Below, one piece after another: positions 60,641 to 64,000 of a DNA stretch of 64,000 nucleotides (position 1 is its first letter; each line of letters starts with the position of its first letter). Source of the DNA: Shigella phage ESh28; the sequence record ON528738; one strand, 5' to 3'. The translations under genes were made by a program, and so were the position numbers. The notes under the pieces are model-generated. The model had not been told where the DNA came from, searched no databases, and saw nothing but the letters and a program-made list of their open reading frames with translations.

Positions 60641-60645
60641 GTTTT

Positions 60646-60721
60646 GCTGATTTAGCTCAGTAGGTAGAGCAACTCACTTGTAATGAGAAGGTCGGCGGTT
60701 CGATTCCGTCAATCAGCACCA
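60646..60721 (+). tRNA. tRNA-Thr (anticodon UGU)
   Basis: acceptor GCTGATT/AATCAGC, anticodon loop CTTGTAA, T-arm GGTTCGATTCC, CCA encoded. Confidence 0.85.
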
Positions 60722-60722
60722 A

Positions 60723-60797
60723 GGCCCTGTAGCTGGAAGGTTCAAGCAAGCGACTCATAATCGCCAGATGGTGGTTCAATTCCACCCAGGGCCACCA
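60723..60797 (+). tRNA. tRNA with CAU anticodon (Ile2-type by analogy with T4 tRNA-Ile, or Met)
   Basis: acceptor GGCCCTG/CAGGGCC, anticodon loop CTCATAA, T-arm GGTGGTTCAATTCCACC, CCA encoded. Confidence 0.75.
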
Positions 60798-60809
60798 AAT
60801 TATGAATTA

Positions 60810-60896
60810 GGGGAGTTATCCCGTAGAGGTAGCGGTGTGGACTGTAAATCCATTGTCATTGCGACTCGGGTGGTTCGACTCCATCACTCCCCACCA
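60810..60896 (+). tRNA. tRNA-Tyr (anticodon GUA), type II
   Basis: acceptor GGGGAGT/ACTCCCC, anticodon stem-loop TGGA-CTGTAAA-TCCA, long variable arm, T-arm GGTGGTTCGACTCCATC, CCA encoded. Confidence 0.7.
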
Positions 60897-60900
60897 ATTT

Positions 60901-60975
60901 GGATGTGTAGCTCAATGGCAGAGCGATCGCCTGTTAAGCGATTGGTTATAGGTTCGAATCCTATCACGTCCGCCA
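60901..60975 (+). tRNA. tRNA-Asn (anticodon GUU)
   Basis: acceptor GGATGTG/CACGTCC, D-arm GCTCAATGGCAGAGC, anticodon loop CTGTTAA, T-arm ATAGGTTCGAATCCTAT, CCA encoded. Confidence 0.8.
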
Positions 60976-60979
60976 AATC

Positions 60980-61055
60980 CGAGGCATAGCTCAGAAGGAA
61001 GAGCAAGGACCTTCTAAGTCCTAGGTCGTAGGTTCGATCCCTACTGCCTCGACCA
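60980..61055 (+). tRNA. tRNA-Arg (anticodon UCU)
   Basis: acceptor CGAGGCA/TGCCTCG, D-arm GCTCAGAAGGAAGAGC, anticodon loop CTTCTAA, T-arm GTAGGTTCGATCCCTAC, CCA encoded. Confidence 0.85.
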
Positions 61056-61371
61056 GACAAGAAGCCGGGTCGCTACCGGCAAGTCGTCGGACTGATGTTC
61101 CCTGGGTAAGGACTGGCATTAACAAATCTTTACGATCGGTTAATGCCCCCTTACATCACAGCAGAAACGGCGCACCGAATTATCGATTCGAGGAAATATC
61201 TTTGCCGTAAGCCGAGTAGCGTTTTTGACGGAACGTTCGGATATGGTCGAGATATGGCCTTTTAAAAATATTGAGTAGCGTCAACTACTTAATAACCGGG
61301 TTCGAATCCCGGCGTTTCGTACAAACACTTGCCTTAGCAGGTGGAACCCCGACAAGGTTGCCGCAAGGCTT
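61056..61371 (+). ncRNA. putative stable small RNA(s) downstream of tRNA-Arg (T4 species 1/2 RNA-like), with tRNA-like T-arm
   Basis: about 320 nt without convincing ORF; hairpins GCCGG...CCGGC (61063-61080), GGCATTAAC...GTTAATGCC (61115-61147), T-arm-like CCGGG-TTCGAAT-CCCGG (61296-61312); ends at the strong terminator. Confidence 0.35.
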
Positions 61372-61400
61372 AGCCCCGACCGAAAGGTTGGGGCTTTTTA
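61372..61400 (+). terminator. rho-independent terminator (AGCCCCGACC-GAAA-GGTTGGGGCT + TTTTT)
   Basis: 10-bp stem, GAAA loop, T5 tail. Confidence 0.8.
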
Positions 61401-61489
61401 GTTTGAATCGCATAGAGAATGCTGTTACGGATAATAACAAAGTAATAAATAATTAATAACCAACCGATAAATTATTTCAAGGATTTTAA

Positions 61490-62053
61490 ATGAAAACCTA
61501 TGCCGAATTTTTAACCGAAGCAGCAAAATTACCATCTGAAGCAGATCTTACTAAAGTATTCTTCCAATTGGACCCAAAAGACCGTGGCGATTTTCTTAAG
61601 TGGAAAGCTAAAGCTATTGAAATGTATAACATCGATAATAGTTCTTTTACGATGAGTCAAGAAAATAAATTCAATAAAGCATTTTTCAAAATTTCTAAGA
61701 AACTGGCATCAGGCGCTCAGGTTCCTAAATCTGCCTTAGCTACTCCTGAACGCGCACCCGTCAAAATTTCTAAGAATATGTTTGACACTAAAAAATATGT
61801 TAATGCTTTGAATAAAGCTCTTGATGCATTGGATGATGCAAAGAAGGCAGCCCGCGATCTTCAAGACGTGTACACCGATTTTGATCGTAAAACTAAAGGT
61901 TCTATTTCAAATAGTGAACGCAATAGTGTAAGTGTTTATTCAGATAGCCTTGATGTTCTTGGCGATGCGTATACTGAAATTAAAAATCGTATTAACACTG
62001 CATCTAAGCTAAAAGCTGCTGCCGAAGCTATAATAACTAAACTGGGTAAATAA
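61490..62053 (+). CDS. internal-protein-like (IPIII-type) capsid-injected protein with capsid-targeting sequence
   Basis: 187 aa starting MKTYAEFLTE-AAK, a near-consensus T4 IP targeting/cleavage signal; Lys/Ala-rich; SD AAGGA. Confidence 0.55.
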   Translation: MKTYAEFLTEAAKLPSEADLTKVFFQLDPKDRGDFLKWKAKAIEMYNIDNSSFTMSQENKFNKAFFKISKKLASGAQVPKSALATPERAPVKISKNMFDTKKYVNALNKALDALDDAKKAARDLQDVYTDFDRKTKGSISNSERNSVSVYSDSLDVLGDAYTEIKNRINTASKLKAAAEAIITKLGK

Positions 62054-62057
62054 TTTT

Positions 62058-62086
62058 AAATCCCTATCTAAATGATAGGGATTTTT
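62058..62086 (+). terminator. terminator hairpin AAATCCCTATC-TAAAT-GATAGGGATTT + TT
   Basis: 11-bp stem directly after IPIII-like stop. Confidence 0.55.
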
Positions 62087-62222
62087 GGTATCTAGGCCTT
62101 TCCAGGCCTCTCTAGACATCATTTAGTTTCTACCCTTTATAATATATTATCCTATCCTTTGATTTCCCCTCTCTGCCCTAGAATTCCCCAAAACCTTTAA
62201 AATTTTTTTTTTTCACAAAACT

Positions 62223-62252
62223 GTTTACAAGACTGTTCTTCCATGGTACTAT
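62223..62252 (+). promoter_or_regulatory. early-type promoter with upstream A/T tract (-35 GTTTAC, -10 TGgTACTAT)
   Basis: GTTTAC 62223-62228, TACTAT 62247-62252, T11 run at 62204-62214. Confidence 0.55.
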
Positions 62253-62295
62253 ACAACTATCAACTACTGATACAGAAAACAACTTGGAGAATGAA

Positions 62296-62559
62296 ATGGA
62301 TAATTACGGCGAACTGTTCAACTTCTTTATGAAATGTGTTTCAGAAGATTTCGGTCGTACGGTGAATGATATTAAAGTTATCGGTCCTGATCATCCAATG
62401 TTTGAAACTTACGCAGTAATGGGTAATGAAGACGGTCAGTGGTATACTGTAAAGGTTGTGATTAACATGTTCACTGCTGAAGGTTATGTTAAACTGTCTT
62501 CTAAAGTTTACCATGATAACGACGAAATCGCAGAAGAATATTTCAATAATATGAAATAA
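62296..62559 (+). CDS. hypothetical protein
   Basis: track ORF starts at TTG 62284, which lies in SD GGAGA; ATG at 62296 gives 87 aa. Confidence 0.5.
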   Translation: MDNYGELFNFFMKCVSEDFGRTVNDIKVIGPDHPMFETYAVMGNEDGQWYTVKVVINMFTAEGYVKLSSKVYHDNDEIAEEYFNNMK

Positions 62560-62661
62560 GTTTGCATAGGCTCATGATTGAGATATTATGAGCCTATAAT
62601 TTGATGATAGAATATAATAATTTTTACAGATTTTAAATCTTAATCAACCTAAGGAAATACT

Positions 62662-63255
62662 ATGAACACACTGAAGAAAATTGTTGAGTTTATTCGCACT
62701 AAACTTGGTTCTGCTATGGCTAAAAATCTATCTGTTGAAGAACAGTATACTGCTGCGGCAGCAAAACTACTTGATAAAATTAAAGACCTAAAAACTGCTT
62801 CTGTTAAATCTATTAATGAAGAAAAACGTATTCGTGAACTTATTGTCGAAAAGAATAAGCAGGCCGAATCAAAAGAGCGTGAAATTCGCAAGCTTCTTTC
62901 CGAAGGTCAAGATGTAACAATGCATGCTAAACTCGGTTTACTATATCGTCGAACAGCTGAGCAGTTGACTACTAAGGCTGACGGTTATGCTGAAATGCGA
63001 ATTGAAATCGCCAAGAAAGTAGTTGAGTTAGATGATGCTCGTCAAGAACTTGCGGTTAAATTGGAATATATCCGTGAAACTCGTGCAGCAAATGCCCTTG
63101 GAATTAGTACTGCTGATGATGTAGTTGAAATTGCAGCACTGACTAAGGTTGATATTGAAGATACCCTTGCTCGAGTTGAAACCTTTAACGGTAATATTTC
63201 TGGGGTTGAAACTACCTCTGCCGATGTTCAGGAATACATTAATTCTCTGAAATAA
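62662..63255 (+). CDS. hypothetical coiled-coil protein
   Basis: 197 aa, Lys/Glu/Ala-rich heptad-like composition; SD AAGGA. Confidence 0.5.
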
Positions 63256-63259
63256 TGAT

Positions 63260-63277
63260 AAGGGGCTTCGGCCCCTT
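63260..63277 (+). terminator. GC hairpin AAGGGGC-TTCG-GCCCCTT
   Basis: 7-bp stem with UUCG loop, weak T tail. Confidence 0.4.
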
Positions 63278-63296
63278 ATACTTGGAGTAAATAGGA

Positions 63297-63911
63297 ATGA
63301 AAATGAAAATGCAAAGTGATTTCAATTCAATGTTTGAAGAGTTCCAAAGACAGGTTGATGTTCCAGACCAATTACTAAATGCTCTTAAACGCATGGCAGA
63401 AGGACGTAATTACTATTGGGGGTCTTCATATGAAACTGATGAAAGCCTTTCCGGAAGATTTTCTAGAGGTAAAAAGTCTTTAATACGTCCTGGAATACTC
63501 ATTAACAGTATTGAATCAATTCATTCATTGACGTGTGATTTTGATGTTGAATTTACTGATTTCATTTCTCCTGAATGGACGGTTTGTTATTTAAACGACG
63601 ATTATGATTATCTTGGCGTTTATAGTTTAAGTGATGCATGGTTTAAACGTAATTTACAAAAATCAAATTTATTTTATATTGATACTACGGTAAAATTTCA
63701 GGGAAAGAAATATTTCTTTACTCTTATAGTTGACTCTGAAACAAAATATGAAAATAAGCGTATTCTTAGTAAAAAGAATATCTTAACTATTGTTGATGAT
63801 CTTTTTGATAAATTCGTAGAAAATCCCAATTTTGAAAGCGATTTATTATTAGAAAAATTTGTTAAGGAATGTAGAGAATATGTCAAAGCCATCACTATAC
63901 CTTCCAAGTAA
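63297..63911 (+). CDS. hypothetical protein
   Basis: 204-aa ATG ORF. Confidence 0.5.
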   Translation: MKMKMQSDFNSMFEEFQRQVDVPDQLLNALKRMAEGRNYYWGSSYETDESLSGRFSRGKKSLIRPGILINSIESIHSLTCDFDVEFTDFISPEWTVCYLNDDYDYLGVYSLSDAWFKRNLQKSNLFYIDTTVKFQGKKYFFTLIVDSETKYENKRILSKKNILTIVDDLFDKFVENPNFESDLLLEKFVKECREYVKAITIPSK

Positions 63912-64000
63912 ACCTGTGAAGTATGAACCAAAGCGTCAGCTAATTTCTACTGATGTGTTAATAGGTCCTGTGGTAGTTGTATCATTTGTGATTCTATTGA

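Noticed and set aside
61271-61456. 61-aa ORF in the region after tRNA-Arg
   Set aside because: Crosses a strong rho-independent terminator, has no RBS and overlaps tRNA-like structure; treated as part of a non-coding RNA region.
62087-62115. Second palindromic element TCTAGGCCTTTCCAGGCCTCTCTAGA after the IPIII-like terminator
   Set aside because: Arms pair only partially (TCTAG/CTAGA outer, AGGCC/GGCCT inner) and there is no T-run; could not support a specific function.

Overview
This window is a contiguous segment of a T4-like myovirus (Tequatrovirus-type) genome, read by eye from the sequence and the ORF track; protein identities rest on recalled T4 sequences and matching lengths, with no database search run. 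Left to right: gene 31 (co-chaperonin), rIII, a run of small early '30.x' ORFs including a NADAR/YbiA-like gene and a HAD-type phosphatase, DNA ligase (gp30), two tandem Alt-type ADP-ribosyltransferase genes, then the late structural block (baseplate hub 54-48-29-28-27-51 / 26-25, uvsY, uvsW, inh, hoc, rnlB, head genes 24-23-22-21-68-67-20, tail 19-18, terminase 17-16, neck 15-14-13, wac, baseplate 12 to 5, 53, then 4-2-3-1-57A-57B). The right end holds an internal-protein locus, a 10-tRNA cluster with a following structured non-coding stretch, and uncharacterised early ORFs. Numerous TATAAATA late promoters, GTTTAC-type early promoters, MotA-box middle promoters and GC-hairpin terminators are visible. 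Several track ORFs begin at TTG/GTG and were trimmed to the downstream ATG. Differences from the canonical T4 layout that deserve follow-up are the second alt paralog, a 288-bp in-frame tandem duplication inside hoc, two extra tRNAs (Tyr, Asn), a GC-rich NADAR-like gene, and capsid-targeting-signal proteins next to 57B/Acb1. No CRISPR array, rRNA, transposon or homing endonuclease was seen.
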